From the NCBI GenBank assembly GCA_041752695.1, contig JBGSVZ010000019.1:1-64000 (forward strand): a stretch of 64,000 bases of DNA, given 5' to 3'. The position numbers were made by a program, and so were the translations under genes. This DNA comes from Terrimicrobiaceae bacterium (GTDB lineage: Bacteria > Verrucomicrobiota > Verrucomicrobiia > Chthoniobacterales > Terrimicrobiaceae). The notes under the pieces were generated by a model that was not told the origin of the DNA, ran no database searches, and was given only the letters and a program-made list of their open reading frames with translations. Of this stretch, positions 18,516 to 28,524 are shown one piece after another; the first letter of the stretch is position 1, and the number at the start of each line of letters is the position of its first letter.

Positions 18516-19363
18516 GCCTCCCATACGATGCCCCGTCCTTTAAAGGCTGGACCAAACCCGGTCCGGTTCCGCCGGGGGCTCGCGGCCACGGTCCTGCCCC
18601 GGAGGACGGCGAGACGCTCGACGCCATCTGCGGATCCTACCGCCTTTTCCAACTGCGCGACGGTCACCGTTTTTCCACCGACGACGTGCTCACCGCCTGG
18701 TACGGCACTTCGCACTGCCCGACCGCCCGCACCGGCCTCGACCTCGGCAGCGGTATCGGCACGGTCGGCATGATCGCCGCCTGGCGTTTGCCCGGCGCAC
18801 GATTTGTCACCGTCGAGGCACAGGAGGAAAGCGTCCGCCTTGCCCGCAAATCCGCCGCCTGGAACGGCCTTACCGACCGCTACGATATCCGCCACGGGGA
18901 TTTCCGAGACCCCGACATTCTCCACGACTCCGAGCGCTTCGACCTCGTCCTGGGCAGCCCGCCGTATTTTCCTCCCGGGAGCGGCCCGCAAAGTGAACAT
19001 CCACAAAAGATTGCCTGTCGTTTTGAAATGCGCGGCACCATCGCCGACTATTGCACGACGGCTGCGTGCCACCTCGCTGCCGGCGGATTTTTTGCCTGCG
19101 TCTTCCCGGTTTCCCCCGCCGAGCAACACGACCGGGTGCGCGAAGGAGCCGCCGCAGCCGGACTAACCATCGTGCGTTGGAGACCCATCGTCCTTCGCGA
19201 AGGTGCCGCGCCCCTCCTCGGCCTCTTCGGCCTGATGCGCCGCGAGGATCTGCCTCCAGCGGTCGGGACTTGGACCGAACCCGCCCTGACCATCCGCACC
19301 GCCACCGGAGCCGTCCACCCAGAGTACATCGCCGTCAAACTGACCTTCGGCTTTCCCCCGTAA
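18512..19363 (+). CDS. SAM-dependent methyltransferase, tRNA1(Val) m6A37 (YfiC/TrmN6)-like
   Basis: GHRFSTDDVL, LDLGSGIGTVG, VEAQ, SPPYF. Confidence 0.8.
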   Translation: MSLPYDAPSFKGWTKPGPVPPGARGHGPAPEDGETLDAICGSYRLFQLRDGHRFSTDDVLTAWYGTSHCPTARTGLDLGSGIGTVGMIAAWRLPGARFVTVEAQEESVRLARKSAAWNGLTDRYDIRHGDFRDPDILHDSERFDLVLGSPPYFPPGSGPQSEHPQKIACRFEMRGTIADYCTTAACHLAAGGFFACVFPVSPAEQHDRVREGAAAAGLTIVRWRPIVLREGAAPLLGLFGLMRREDLPPAVGTWTEPALTIRTATGAVHPEYIAVKLTFGFPP

Positions 19364-19392
19364 GCTTGGTGCTTCGGAGGGTCAGGCCGCCG

Positions 19393-19695
19393 CTAAAGCA
19401 CCCCCAGCACAATCCACGCAACAAACAGCGTGACCAACAAGATCACCGACGTGATCCACCAGACGGGATGAATCCCCGGCACGCCGTTGCCTGATCCAAA
19501 CTCCCGCTTGGCAAATTCCTCATAGTCGAACTCTTCATCCGGCAGCCCCAGACCATCAGCCTCCATCGCTCCTTCCCTCCAGCCAGAGTTATGATCCGCC
19601 CCGCATTCCGGGCAAGCCAGCGCCCGCGGCGGCACATCCTCTCCGCAAACGGGACAAACCTCCGGCGTTTTCGGGCGACTGTTCAGGTAAGCCAT
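19393..19695 (-). CDS. Small zinc-ribbon membrane protein
   Basis: CPVCG...CPECGAD; FDYEEF; C-terminal TM helix. Confidence 0.75.
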   Translation of the reverse strand: MAYLNSRPKTPEVCPVCGEDVPPRALACPECGADHNSGWREGAMEADGLGLPDEEFDYEEFAKREFGSGNGVPGIHPVWWITSVILLVTLFVAWIVLGVL

Positions 19696-19747
19696 CGCCG
19701 GAGAATACACCCCACCGGCGAAAAACGCGCAAGTCTGCGCACCCTCC

Positions 19748-20245
19748 TCACTTGATCGGCTTATCGATCAACGGGATTTTCGAAGCGATGAACTCCAGAT
19801 CATCCGGGGACGGCCCAACTAGCGGAACCGTCACATACGAAGCCTTGTCGAGGAACAGCAGCCAAAACCGGGGAAACCGCCAAATCCCCTTCATGGCATC
19901 CCACCGCACCGTCGTGCTCCCGATGCTGCTGCGGGCGGTGAACGAATCCTCCGACAGTTCATAATGAACCTCGGGGCTCTTCATTTTGCGGAGCAGATCC
20001 ACCGCCATCCGCTCGCGCAGCAAAAGCGCGACGCCGAAGACCAGCACAAATATCACCAGCGTCGCTGCCAGAAATCCCCCCAGCCAGTCGAAGGACTGCG
20101 TCCACCAATACCAACCCACAAAAAACGACCCCACCACCACGGTAAAAACTCCGGCCCAGCCGAAATACTTCCAGACAAAAGCCCGCGCCGCCTCCCGGAC
20201 AATCTCCGGCGTGATCGTGACGGTAAAAGACCGAACCTCGCTCAT
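19748..20245 (-). CDS. YcxB-like membrane protein
   Basis: Two TM helices, then YELSEDSF...STTVRWD...VTVP; ATGA overlap with the upstream gene. Confidence 0.7.
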   Translation of the reverse strand: MSEVRSFTVTITPEIVREAARAFVWKYFGWAGVFTVVVGSFFVGWYWWTQSFDWLGGFLAATLVIFVLVFGVALLLRERMAVDLLRKMKSPEVHYELSEDSFTARSSIGSTTVRWDAMKGIWRFPRFWLLFLDKASYVTVPLVGPSPDDLEFIASKIPLIDKPIK

Positions 20246-21015
20246 TTGGTCGCCAGCAAAGTCAGGCGGGGCCACCACCAGACAATTTTCCCGTCCTCTT
20301 CGCCGAGCTGGAACACCCGCCTCGCCGACTCGGGGGCTTTTGTGATCAACCCGCGAACAATCTCCCGGTTTTCCGGCGAGGTGGCGGCGGTTTGAAAATA
20401 CCATTCCAAGTCCGGCTGTTTGAAGGGATGCGTCTCGCAACGAAGGACCGTGAGGCCCACCCCGCCACAAAGCCCAGTCCACGCCCCCGGCGAAAGAAAA
20501 CGACCGTGGCTCGGGTCCCGGAATTTTTCCACCTGATGGATCCACTCCTCCGCCTCGGGTTCACCGTCGGGCACACTGCCATCGATGAGCAAAAAATATC
20601 CTCCCGGTTTCAAAACACGAACAACCTCACGAAGGAAGGCCTCACGGTCACTGAAATGGTGCGCCGCCACCCGGCAGGTGACGATGGCGAACGCGGCGTC
20701 CACAAACGGAAATTTCTCGGCCTCGTGCAGGCAGGTTTCGATGGCATATCCCTCTTCCCCCGCCAGCTTCGTCGCGTTGGCCAGCATGGCGGGCGAGATG
20801 TCTGCCGCCGTGACCCGCAGCCCCAGGCTCGCCAGATATATGGCCGTGTGCCCGCCGCCGGTCGCCACATCCAGCGCCGCGGCCCCAGGAGGAAAGGTCA
20901 GCCCTTCCAGGCCCGCGGCCACATCGCTGGTATTCGCCAGGATGTGCGACTTGCCGTAGCGGTCGCTTTGTTTTTCAAACTGGTCGCGGGAGGCTTGTTG
21001 GACAGGATCGAGCAT
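20242..21015 (-). CDS. Class I SAM-dependent methyltransferase (UbiE-like)
   Basis: LDVATGGGHTA, DISPAML, CRVAAHHF, RVLKPGG, RDPSH. Confidence 0.9.
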   Translation of the reverse strand: MLDPVQQASRDQFEKQSDRYGKSHILANTSDVAAGLEGLTFPPGAAALDVATGGGHTAIYLASLGLRVTAADISPAMLANATKLAGEEGYAIETCLHEAEKFPFVDAAFAIVTCRVAAHHFSDREAFLREVVRVLKPGGYFLLIDGSVPDGEPEAEEWIHQVEKFRDPSHGRFLSPGAWTGLCGGVGLTVLRCETHPFKQPDLEWYFQTAATSPENREIVRGLITKAPESARRVFQLGEEDGKIVWWWPRLTLLATK

Positions 21016-21022
21016 GAAATAG

Positions 21023-21457
21023 CTATTGCACCTCCAGCAGAAACACCAACTGTCCTCCTCCCCACTGCGGACCACGGATGTAAAGGGGGGCGTCCCGGGC
21101 GAGTTTGGCTTCCGAAGTCACAAGGAGCTTTTCGCCACGATAGAGTTCGATGCGCAATTCGTAGGACGCCGCCTTTTGCGCCAGTACCTGCACTTTGAAA
21201 AAAAACTCCTGGCTGGGCACGAGCCATTCTTCCGTTCCGGCGGACAGATCGCGCTTCTTATCACCGAGCAGATAGAGGGAATTGTAGCCGAAGACCTTGC
21301 GAATGGTGGGGGCAAAATCCTCCAGCTTTTCCGGAACCGGACGCGGAGGCTTTTCGTTGTTGGCCAGGACGAGGGCGCTCCAGATGCGGTCCCCTGCAGC
21401 CTGCACGCCGGAAGCTCCGCACGCCAAGCACAGACAGGCCACCGCCAGCCACCTCAT
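21023..21457 (-). CDS. Secreted hypothetical protein in the ECF cluster
   Basis: Signal-like N-terminus MRWLAVACLCLAC; coupled to the anti-sigma ORF. Confidence 0.7.
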   Translation of the reverse strand: MRWLAVACLCLACGASGVQAAGDRIWSALVLANNEKPPRPVPEKLEDFAPTIRKVFGYNSLYLLGDKKRDLSAGTEEWLVPSQEFFFKVQVLAQKAASYELRIELYRGEKLLVTSEAKLARDAPLYIRGPQWGGGQLVFLLEVQ

Positions 21458-21852
21458 CGCACGACCTCCTCGGCAGGAATGAACTCCGTGCCTTCCACCC
21501 ACAGGACAACCCCCCGCTCGCCCGGCGCCTGAAATTGGGTCACCGAAAGCTGCGGCAGTTCGGCCCGGGCACTGATCACCTGCGAAATAAATTCGCTCTC
21601 GCTGCGCAATCCGAATTCCCGCGGCATCAGAACCGCGGTAAGCACGGCGGCCATGAGCAACGCCGTGGCCCCCGACCAGAACAGCCAGCGGAGGGAAAAT
21701 GCCGGCGCGGCGGGCCGCGGGCGATCCTCACGGGTGATCTCCTCCAGCACACGGCTGTTGATAAAATCGGGATTCTGCAGCGGCGGCACGGTCAGGTGCT
21801 CGCGCAACAGGGAACGGGTTTTCTCCCAGTCGCGATCGTCAGAATTCTTCAT
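21454..21852 (-). CDS. Putative anti-sigma factor (single TM)
   Basis: Overlaps the ECF sigma gene; PDFINSRVLEEI followed by one TM helix. Confidence 0.65.
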   Translation of the reverse strand: MKNSDDRDWEKTRSLLREHLTVPPLQNPDFINSRVLEEITREDRPRPAAPAFSLRWLFWSGATALLMAAVLTAVLMPREFGLRSESEFISQVISARAELPQLSVTQFQAPGERGVVLWVEGTEFIPAEEVVR

Positions 21853-22420
21853 GGAGGTCACGGAGGAGGGTTTGCAAATGTTTGCGGGCGTAATGGAGGC
21901 GGGACATCACCGTCCCCATCGAACAGCCCACCCGGGCGGCGATTTCCTCGTAGCTCAGGTCGTCGATTTCCTTGAGGATCACAACGGCGCGGTGTTCGGG
22001 ACTGAGCTCGAGCAGAGCGGAATCAATACGACGGCGGATTTCCGCACGGTCCACACTCAGGCCCGGCTCCTCGCCCCCATGCGGCGTGGTGCGCGAGGCG
22101 GCATCCACTTTCATAGGTCCGATTTCCACTTCGACTTCGGGGTGACTTTTCCGGCGGCGGCAAAGGTCAATGACGGCGTTGGTGGCAATCCTGTAGAGCC
22201 AGCTCGACAGGGACGCCTTACCGTCGAAACGGGCGAGCGACCGCCAGGCCCGGATAAACGTCTCCTGGGCGATCTCGACCGCGTCGTCCTCGCTGCGAAG
22301 CATCTGGTAAGCGTGCATGTAGATTTTCTCCCGGTGGCGGGTGATCAACTCGTCAAAGGCTTTCGTGTCGCCTTGCCGGGCTCTCGCCAGCAGCGCGGCC
22401 TCGTCGGGAAGGTCACCCAT
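21839..22420 (-). CDS. ECF RNA polymerase sigma factor
   Basis: GDTKAFDELI, QETFIRAW, SWLYRIATN, LSYEEIA...GTVMSRLHYARK. Confidence 0.95.
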   Translation of the reverse strand: MGDLPDEAALLARARQGDTKAFDELITRHREKIYMHAYQMLRSEDDAVEIAQETFIRAWRSLARFDGKASLSSWLYRIATNAVIDLCRRRKSHPEVEVEIGPMKVDAASRTTPHGGEEPGLSVDRAEIRRRIDSALLELSPEHRAVVILKEIDDLSYEEIAARVGCSMGTVMSRLHYARKHLQTLLRDLHEEF

Positions 22421-22449
22421 TCTTTATGACGCGCGGGCCCGAAAAATAT

Positions 22450-23118
22450 TCAAAGATTCCCGTACCGCTTGCGCCATTCAGCCCGGTATTCGCTCATGAG
22501 ATCGACGATCCGGTCGCGGACGCGAAAAAGCAGCTTGTTGAGGGAAATTTTCTGGCGGGTGGTCATTTTTCCTTCCTGGACGAGGCGGGCACCGGCATCG
22601 AGGGCGTCGTTGGCGGCCTTCAGGCCCCGCTTAAGATACGCAATGGTCATGCCGATCTCGGTGTGATCGTCACCGCAAAGGGCGGCGGCCAGTTTTGCCC
22701 CGCAAACCGCGGAGCGTGTGGCCAGCCGAACCGCCTCGGGGTGGTCCTTCATCACGCCGTCGCGGTCGAGCCAGGCATTGATCCAAGTGTGCAGCTTGAG
22801 GGTATCCTGATAAATCGGCGAACGGGAAAATTCCTCGAAGTCACCCTCCGCATCCTCGTCGTCCTCTTCTTCATCCTCGGAGGAAATCAACTCCTCCTCG
22901 CAGAGATTCTCCGCAACTTCGTCCCACTCGGCGTCGCGGTCTTCGTCAAACGACTCCCAGCCCATCTCCCGGGCGATAATTTTATCGCGCTCCGGATGGT
23001 CGATGTATTTCTCCAGCAATCCGAAATATTTCTCGGTGTTGCGGTCCTGTTGCTGGAGAAATCTTTCCCATTGATACTCGTCCCAAACTTCCGGCGTATC
23101 AAAATCATCGTCGGCCAT
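22450..23118 (-). CDS. Acidic hypothetical protein
   Basis: MADDDFDTPEVWDEYQWERFL; acidic linker, helical C-terminus; 10 nt downstream of rlmN. Confidence 0.75.
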   Translation of the reverse strand: MADDDFDTPEVWDEYQWERFLQQQDRNTEKYFGLLEKYIDHPERDKIIAREMGWESFDEDRDAEWDEVAENLCEEELISSEDEEEDDEDAEGDFEEFSRSPIYQDTLKLHTWINAWLDRDGVMKDHPEAVRLATRSAVCGAKLAAALCGDDHTEIGMTIAYLKRGLKAANDALDAGARLVQEGKMTTRQKISLNKLLFRVRDRIVDLMSEYRAEWRKRYGNL

Positions 23119-23128
23119 CAAAAAACCT

Positions 23129-24205
23129 CTACTGCACGGCGCTTTCGGGCGCAACGGCTTTTTCATGGAGGGTCTGGAGGCGCAACTGTCCGCAGGCGGC
23201 GGCAATGTCGTGACCTTTTTCCCGCCGGAGCGTCGCTGGCACGCCCCGGCTGAGCAGAATCTCCAGAAAACGCTCCTGCACATCCTGCTCGGGGCGCGCC
23301 CATTCCAGCCCGGTCACGGTGTTGTACGGGATGAGATTCACCTTGGCGTGGAGCTTACGCGCGTGGCCGGATAGCGCACGGGCCTGCTCCTCCGAGTCGT
23401 TGATGCCCTCAATCAGGATATACTCGAAGGTGAGGTGCTGCTTTTTCTTGGAAACATAATGAGCGCAGGCCTCCAGGAGTTCGGCCATGGGGTATTTGCG
23501 GTTCACCGGCATGATCTGGCCACGGACCTCGTCCGTCGCCCCATGCAGGGAAATGGCCAGCCGGATCTGGAGGGGTTGGTCGGCGAAGTCGCGGATGCGC
23601 GGCACCAGGCCGCTGGTGGAAACCGTGATGTGTCGGGCGCCGAGGCCGATGCCCCAGGGCGCGTTGATAATCGTAATGGCGCGCATCAGGTTCTCGTAGT
23701 TCGCAAACGGCTCGCCCATGCCCATAAACACGATGTTGCTGATACGTTCTCCGCTCTCCTCTTCGACGGCCAGAAACTGCGAAACGATCTCCCCCGCCGT
23801 GAGGTGACGCTTCCATCCATCCAGCCCGCTCGCGCAGAATTTACAGCCATAGGCACACCCAACCTGACTGGAGATGCAGATCGTGCGCCGGTCGGACTTC
23901 TCCCCATACAACGCCGGGGAGGCGGGAATCAGGACCGTCTCCACCAACTGCCCGTCCGCCAGTCGGAAGAGAAACTTGCGCGTCGTGTCGTTCGAACCGG
24001 TTTCGCGCGCTTTTTCAAGCGGCCGCAACTGAAAATGTTCCGCCAACCGGGCACGCAGGGAGGCCGGCATGTTTGTCATCGCCGCAAAATCGCCCACCCG
24101 CTTTTCATAAATCCACTCGCACAGCTGTCCGGCCCGATAGCGCGGTTCCCCGAGCTTTTCGAGTTCGTCGGAAAGTTCGTCCCGGTTGAGTGAGAGCAGG
24201 TCCAT
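23129..24205 (-). CDS. rlmN: 23S rRNA/tRNA m2A radical SAM methyltransferase RlmN
   Basis: CISSQVGCAYGCKFC, VFMGMGEP, LAISLH, VNLIPYN, DIAAACGQL. Confidence 0.97.
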   Translation of the reverse strand: MDLLSLNRDELSDELEKLGEPRYRAGQLCEWIYEKRVGDFAAMTNMPASLRARLAEHFQLRPLEKARETGSNDTTRKFLFRLADGQLVETVLIPASPALYGEKSDRRTICISSQVGCAYGCKFCASGLDGWKRHLTAGEIVSQFLAVEEESGERISNIVFMGMGEPFANYENLMRAITIINAPWGIGLGARHITVSTSGLVPRIRDFADQPLQIRLAISLHGATDEVRGQIMPVNRKYPMAELLEACAHYVSKKKQHLTFEYILIEGINDSEEQARALSGHARKLHAKVNLIPYNTVTGLEWARPEQDVQERFLEILLSRGVPATLRREKGHDIAAACGQLRLQTLHEKAVAPESAVQ

Positions 24206-24214
24206 CCGTGAGGC

Positions 24215-24610
24215 TTACACCAGCGTCCGCATCACCGCCAGCCCCGGCACCAAATCAAAATGCCGGTCGAGCGTGAGCACGGCGGCACCGATTTTTTTCG
24301 CACAGTTGGCAATAATGAGATCGGGCAGAGGAGGCTGGTGACCTTTCCGCCCCAGTTCCCAGGCCAGCCGCTCTGTCTCCTCCCAGACAAAATTGTCCGT
24401 CGGCACATCCCGCAGAACATCCCAGAAGGCCTGGAAGGCCTCCCGCACACGCGCACTTTTGATTCCTCTTCCCACCTCGCAGCGGACGATTCCGCAAGTG
24501 ACTAGGTCGCGCTCCAACACGGCAGAGGCCGCCGCCAGATGAGACAGCGGGTCGAGCCCGCGGCGGGCCAAGTCGATGTAGATACAGCTATCGACCAGAA
24601 TCGGAGGCAT
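24215..24610 (-). CDS. vapC: VapC PIN-domain toxin
   Basis: ILVDSCIYID, CGIVRCEV, PLPDLIIA, LTLDRHF. Confidence 0.9.
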   Translation of the reverse strand: MPPILVDSCIYIDLARRGLDPLSHLAAASAVLERDLVTCGIVRCEVGRGIKSARVREAFQAFWDVLRDVPTDNFVWEETERLAWELGRKGHQPPLPDLIIANCAKKIGAAVLTLDRHFDLVPGLAVMRTLV

Positions 24611-24866
24611 CTTTCTTTTTTCTAGAGGCTTTGAACGCTGTTGGTGCCTCGGCCGCCCGGGCGGCAAGCACGTCGTAATCCGCGTCGAAAATGTTTTTCA
24701 ATTCCTCCGCACCAAGTCCAAGGCCTTTCCGTCCGATTTCGGTGAGCCTTTTCTTCCGGTCCACCTCCCGCAAGGCAAGGTCAATCGCCCGCGTTTTGTT
24801 GGTCACGCCAAAATACTCCATCACGCCCGCGAGCAAAGCGTCGTCCACGTTCAAGGTCATCTTCAT
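24588..24866 (-). CDS. vapB: VapB-family antitoxin
   Basis: MKMTLNVDDALL...TNKTRAIDLALRE; overlaps vapC. Confidence 0.85.
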   Translation of the reverse strand: MKMTLNVDDALLAGVMEYFGVTNKTRAIDLALREVDRKKRLTEIGRKGLGLGAEELKNIFDADYDVLAARAAEAPTAFKASRKKKDASDSGR

Positions 24867-24905
24867 ATGGTGAATATATGGTTTCCATACCATACTTTGT
24901 CCATA
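24866..24905. promoter_or_regulatory. Putative VapBC autoregulatory operator array
   Basis: Five TATGG/CCATA half-sites including the palindrome TATGG-TTT-CCATA (24877-24889), in an AT-rich patch. Confidence 0.55.
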
Positions 24906-24966
24906 CATCACGCGGAGGAAGCAACGGAAGTCGCATGGAACGGAAATTGCTACCCCGGCGCTTCGC

Positions 24967-27900
24967 ATGGCCATTCACGTCGCCCTCACCCACCGTACGA
25001 CCTACCAATACGACCGCTCCGTGGCCTTGGGGCCTCAAGTCATCCGCCTCCGTCCCGCCCCGCATTGCCGCACCCCGATTTTGAGCTACTCGCTCACGGT
25101 CGAGCCGGCCGACCACTTCATCAACTGGCAGCAGGATCCTTACAGCAACTATCTGGGGCGCTTCGTTTTCCCGGAAAAAACCGACCACCTTCAGGCCGTG
25201 GTCGAGGTGGTCGCGGAGATGGCGGTTTACAACCCGTTCGACTTCTTCCTGGAGTCCTACGCAGAAGAATATCCCTTCGCCTACGAACCATCCGTCGCCC
25301 ACGATCTCGCCCCGTATCTCAAATGCGAGGCCCAAGGGATAAATTTCGCGAGCTACCTCAAGGGGGTGGACCGGAAAAAGCGCCGCACGATTGATTTTCT
25401 CGTCGAACTCAACACGCGCCTCCAGAACGACATCGGCTATCTCATCCGCATGGAACCCGGGGTGCAAACGCCGGAGGAGACACTCACCAAGGCCTCCGGG
25501 TCCTGCCGCGATTCCGCGTGGCTGCTCTGCCAACTCCTGCGCAACTGCGGGCTGGCCGCGCGATTTGTCTCCGGCTACCTCATCCAGCTCAAACCTGACG
25601 TCAAATCCCTCGATGGACCATCCGGTGCCGAGGAGGATTTCACCGACCTGCACGCCTGGACCGAGGTCTATCTCCCGGGAGCGGGTTGGATCGGCTTTGA
25701 CGCCACGTCCGGGCTGATGGCGGGAGAGGGCCATATCCCGCTGGCCTGCACGCCGGAACCCTCCAGCGCGGCCCCCATTTCCGGCACTTCGGAAAAATGC
25801 GAAACGACCTTCGAGTTCGACATGGTCGTGCAGCGCGTCCACGAATCCCCGCGCGTCACCAAACCCTACTCCGAGGAACAGTGGCGCGAGATCGTCACGC
25901 TCGGCGACCGCGTGGACGAACGCCTCAAGCTCGGCGACGTCCGCCTCACCATGGGTGGGGAGCCCACCTTCGTTTCCATCGACGACGTGGAGGCCGAGGA
26001 ATGGAACGCCGCCGCCCTCGGACCGCGCAAACGGGGTCTGGCGGCCGATCTCATCCGGCGGCTGCAGAAGCGGTTCGCGCCCGGGGCGCTCCTGCATTTC
26101 GGCCAGGGAAAATGGTACCCTGGCGAACAACTGCCCCGCTGGGCCTTCGGGTGTTTCTGGCGCAAGGACGGCATCCCGATCTGGGAAGACATGACCCTCG
26201 TTGCCGAAGAGGAAAAGGATTACGGTGTCACCGCCGAAGACTCCGCCCTCTTCCTCACCGCCCTGGCCTCGCGCCTCGGTATCGACCCCAAATACCTCCA
26301 GCCCGCCTACGAGGACGCCTGGTATTTTTTGTGGAAGGAGCGCCGTCTTCCCCTCAACGTCGACCCGCTCCAATCCAATCTTGCGGACGAACTGGAACGC
26401 GCCCGTCTGGCCCGCGTCTTCGAACAGGGCCTCAACAAAATCGTGGGCTACGCGCTGCCCATCAAACGCGACTACAGCCTGCCCTCGCCGCACTGGGCCT
26501 CCGGCGCGTGGTTCCTGCGCCCGGAAACCCTCTACCTTGTTCCCGGCGACTCTCCCATGGGCTTCCGCCTGCCGCTCGACTCGCTCGGCTGGGTCAAGGA
26601 ATCCGACTATCCCTGGTATTACGAAGCCGATCCGCACGCCCCGCGCCAGCCCCTGCCCGACCGCGCCACCCCGAACCGCCAGGCTTATGTCCGCGCTGGT
26701 TTTCCGGAGGACTATGCGAAATATCTCGAAGAACTGCGCGCCCATGGCGGCACCGGGGCTTTTATTCCCCAGGGCCGTCCGGAGTTTTCCAAAAAATCCG
26801 ACGGGAAAGCGGGCGAGATTCCCGACAGTTCCTCCCGCCTCAAAAACGGCCTCTCCGCCGCAGAAGAAGGGCCGGGCGATTCCTCGGAGGATCTCGCCAA
26901 GAAATCATCCAACCCCGCCGACCGTATCCCCGGTCTCCACGAATCCGCCCCCTGGATCGTCCGTACCGCCATGGCCGTCGAGGCCCGCAATGGAAAGCTC
27001 AACGTTTTCATGCCTCCTGTCGCGGAACTCGAAGACTACCTCGACCTCGTTGCCGCGGTGGAGGAAACCGCCGCCTATCTGCAAATGCCGGTGCTCGTGG
27101 AAGGGTACCCGCCTCCCGGCGACCCACGGTTGCAAGTCATCAAAGTCACACCCGATCCCGGGGTGATTGAGGTGAACGTCCATCCCGCCAGCTCCTGGCA
27201 GGAAATGGTGGAGATCACCACCGGCGTTTATGAGGACGCCCACCACTCACGCCTGGGCACGGAAAAATTCATGCTGGATGGACGCCATAGTGGCACCGGC
27301 GGTGGCAACCACATTGTGGTGGGCGGCTCCACTCCTTCGGACAGTCCCTTTTTGCGCCGACCCGACATGTTGCGCAGTCTGGTCAACTACTGGCAAAATC
27401 ATCCGTCGCTGTCGTATCTCTTTTCCGGCCTGTTCATCGGCCCGACCTGCCAGAGCCCGCGCGTGGACGAGGCCCGCAACGACGCGCTGTACGAACTCGA
27501 AATCGCCTTCAACCAGATCCCCGCCAAAGGCACCGTCCCGCCCTGGCTGGTGGATCGCATTTTCCGCGACGTGCTGGTGGATGTCACCGGCAACGCCCAC
27601 CGCGCCGAATTCTGCATCGACAAACTTTTTTCGCCCGGCGGTGGATCCGGCCGGCTCGGCCTCCTGGAACTGCGCGCCTTCGAGATGCCACCGCATGAAC
27701 GCATGAGCCTCGCGCAACAACTGCTGCTCCGGGCGCTCATCGCCGAGTTTTGGGAAAAACCCTACCGCCAGGACCTCGTGCCTTGGGGCACCGAACTGCA
27801 CGACCGTTTTCTCCTCCCGCATTTCGTCTGGCAGGATTTTCAGGATGTCCTCGCCGGACTCAACTCCTCCGGTTACCCGTTCCGGGACGAGTGGTTCGCC

Positions 27901-28467
27901 CCGCACTTTGAGTTTCGCTTCCCGCACATCGGCTCCACGCAATATCGTGAGATCAGTCTTGAGGTGCGCAATGCGCTCGAGCCCTGGCATGTCCTTGGCG
28001 AAGAGGGTTTCATCGGCGGCACGGTGCGCTACGTGGACTCCTCGCTGGAACGCGTCCAAGTGAAGGCGTCCGGCCTGGTCGGATCGCGCTACGAGATCCT
28101 CTGCAATGGCATCCCCGTCCCGCTCCACCCGACCGGCACCAATGGCGAATACGTGGCCGGGGTGCGGTTCCGCGCCTGGCAGCCACCGAACTGCCTGCAT
28201 CCCACCATCGGCGTCCACGCGCCCCTCGTTTTCGACATCCACGACAAGTGGACCGAAAAGAGTCTCGCCGGATGTACCTACTTTGTCTCGCATCCCGGGG
28301 GCCGCAGCTACGAAACCTTCCCGGTCAACGCCTACGAAGCGGAAAGCCGGCGACTGTCGCGATTTTCGCCCCATGGCCACACCCCGGGAAATTGCGCCCC
28401 CCCGGCCGCGGTAAAATCGCAAAACTTCCCGTTCACCCTCGATCTGCGCGAGTTTTCCCCAGCGTAA
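24967..28467 (+). CDS. Transglutaminase-like domain fused to DUF2126 putative amidoligase
   Basis: GSCRDSAWLL, DLHAWTEVYLPGAGWIGFD (Cys-His-Asp); LTMGGEPTFVS, TPDPGVIEVN, GTGGGNH, ELRAFEMPPH, HPGGRSYETFPVNAYEAE. Confidence 0.92.
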   Translation: MAIHVALTHRTTYQYDRSVALGPQVIRLRPAPHCRTPILSYSLTVEPADHFINWQQDPYSNYLGRFVFPEKTDHLQAVVEVVAEMAVYNPFDFFLESYAEEYPFAYEPSVAHDLAPYLKCEAQGINFASYLKGVDRKKRRTIDFLVELNTRLQNDIGYLIRMEPGVQTPEETLTKASGSCRDSAWLLCQLLRNCGLAARFVSGYLIQLKPDVKSLDGPSGAEEDFTDLHAWTEVYLPGAGWIGFDATSGLMAGEGHIPLACTPEPSSAAPISGTSEKCETTFEFDMVVQRVHESPRVTKPYSEEQWREIVTLGDRVDERLKLGDVRLTMGGEPTFVSIDDVEAEEWNAAALGPRKRGLAADLIRRLQKRFAPGALLHFGQGKWYPGEQLPRWAFGCFWRKDGIPIWEDMTLVAEEEKDYGVTAEDSALFLTALASRLGIDPKYLQPAYEDAWYFLWKERRLPLNVDPLQSNLADELERARLARVFEQGLNKIVGYALPIKRDYSLPSPHWASGAWFLRPETLYLVPGDSPMGFRLPLDSLGWVKESDYPWYYEADPHAPRQPLPDRATPNRQAYVRAGFPEDYAKYLEELRAHGGTGAFIPQGRPEFSKKSDGKAGEIPDSSSRLKNGLSAAEEGPGDSSEDLAKKSSNPADRIPGLHESAPWIVRTAMAVEARNGKLNVFMPPVAELEDYLDLVAAVEETAAYLQMPVLVEGYPPPGDPRLQVIKVTPDPGVIEVNVHPASSWQEMVEITTGVYEDAHHSRLGTEKFMLDGRHSGTGGGNHIVVGGSTPSDSPFLRRPDMLRSLVNYWQNHPSLSYLFSGLFIGPTCQSPRVDEARNDALYELEIAFNQIPAKGTVPPWLVDRIFRDVLVDVTGNAHRAEFCIDKLFSPGGGSGRLGLLELRAFEMPPHERMSLAQQLLLRALIAEFWEKPYRQDLVPWGTELHDRFLLPHFVWQDFQDVLAGLNSSGYPFRDEWFAPHFEFRFPHIGSTQYREISLEVRNALEPWHVLGEEGFIGGTVRYVDSSLERVQVKASGLVGSRYEILCNGIPVPLHPTGTNGEYVAGVRFRAWQPPNCLHPTIGVHAPLVFDIHDKWTEKSLAGCTYFVSHPGGRSYETFPVNAYEAESRRLSRFSPHGHTPGNCAPPAAVKSQNFPFTLDLREFSPA

Positions 28468-28524
28468 AACAGGACTCGCGCGGGCGTTGAATTTTTCCCC
28501 GGACCGTGATTTGCTTCCGGTCCC

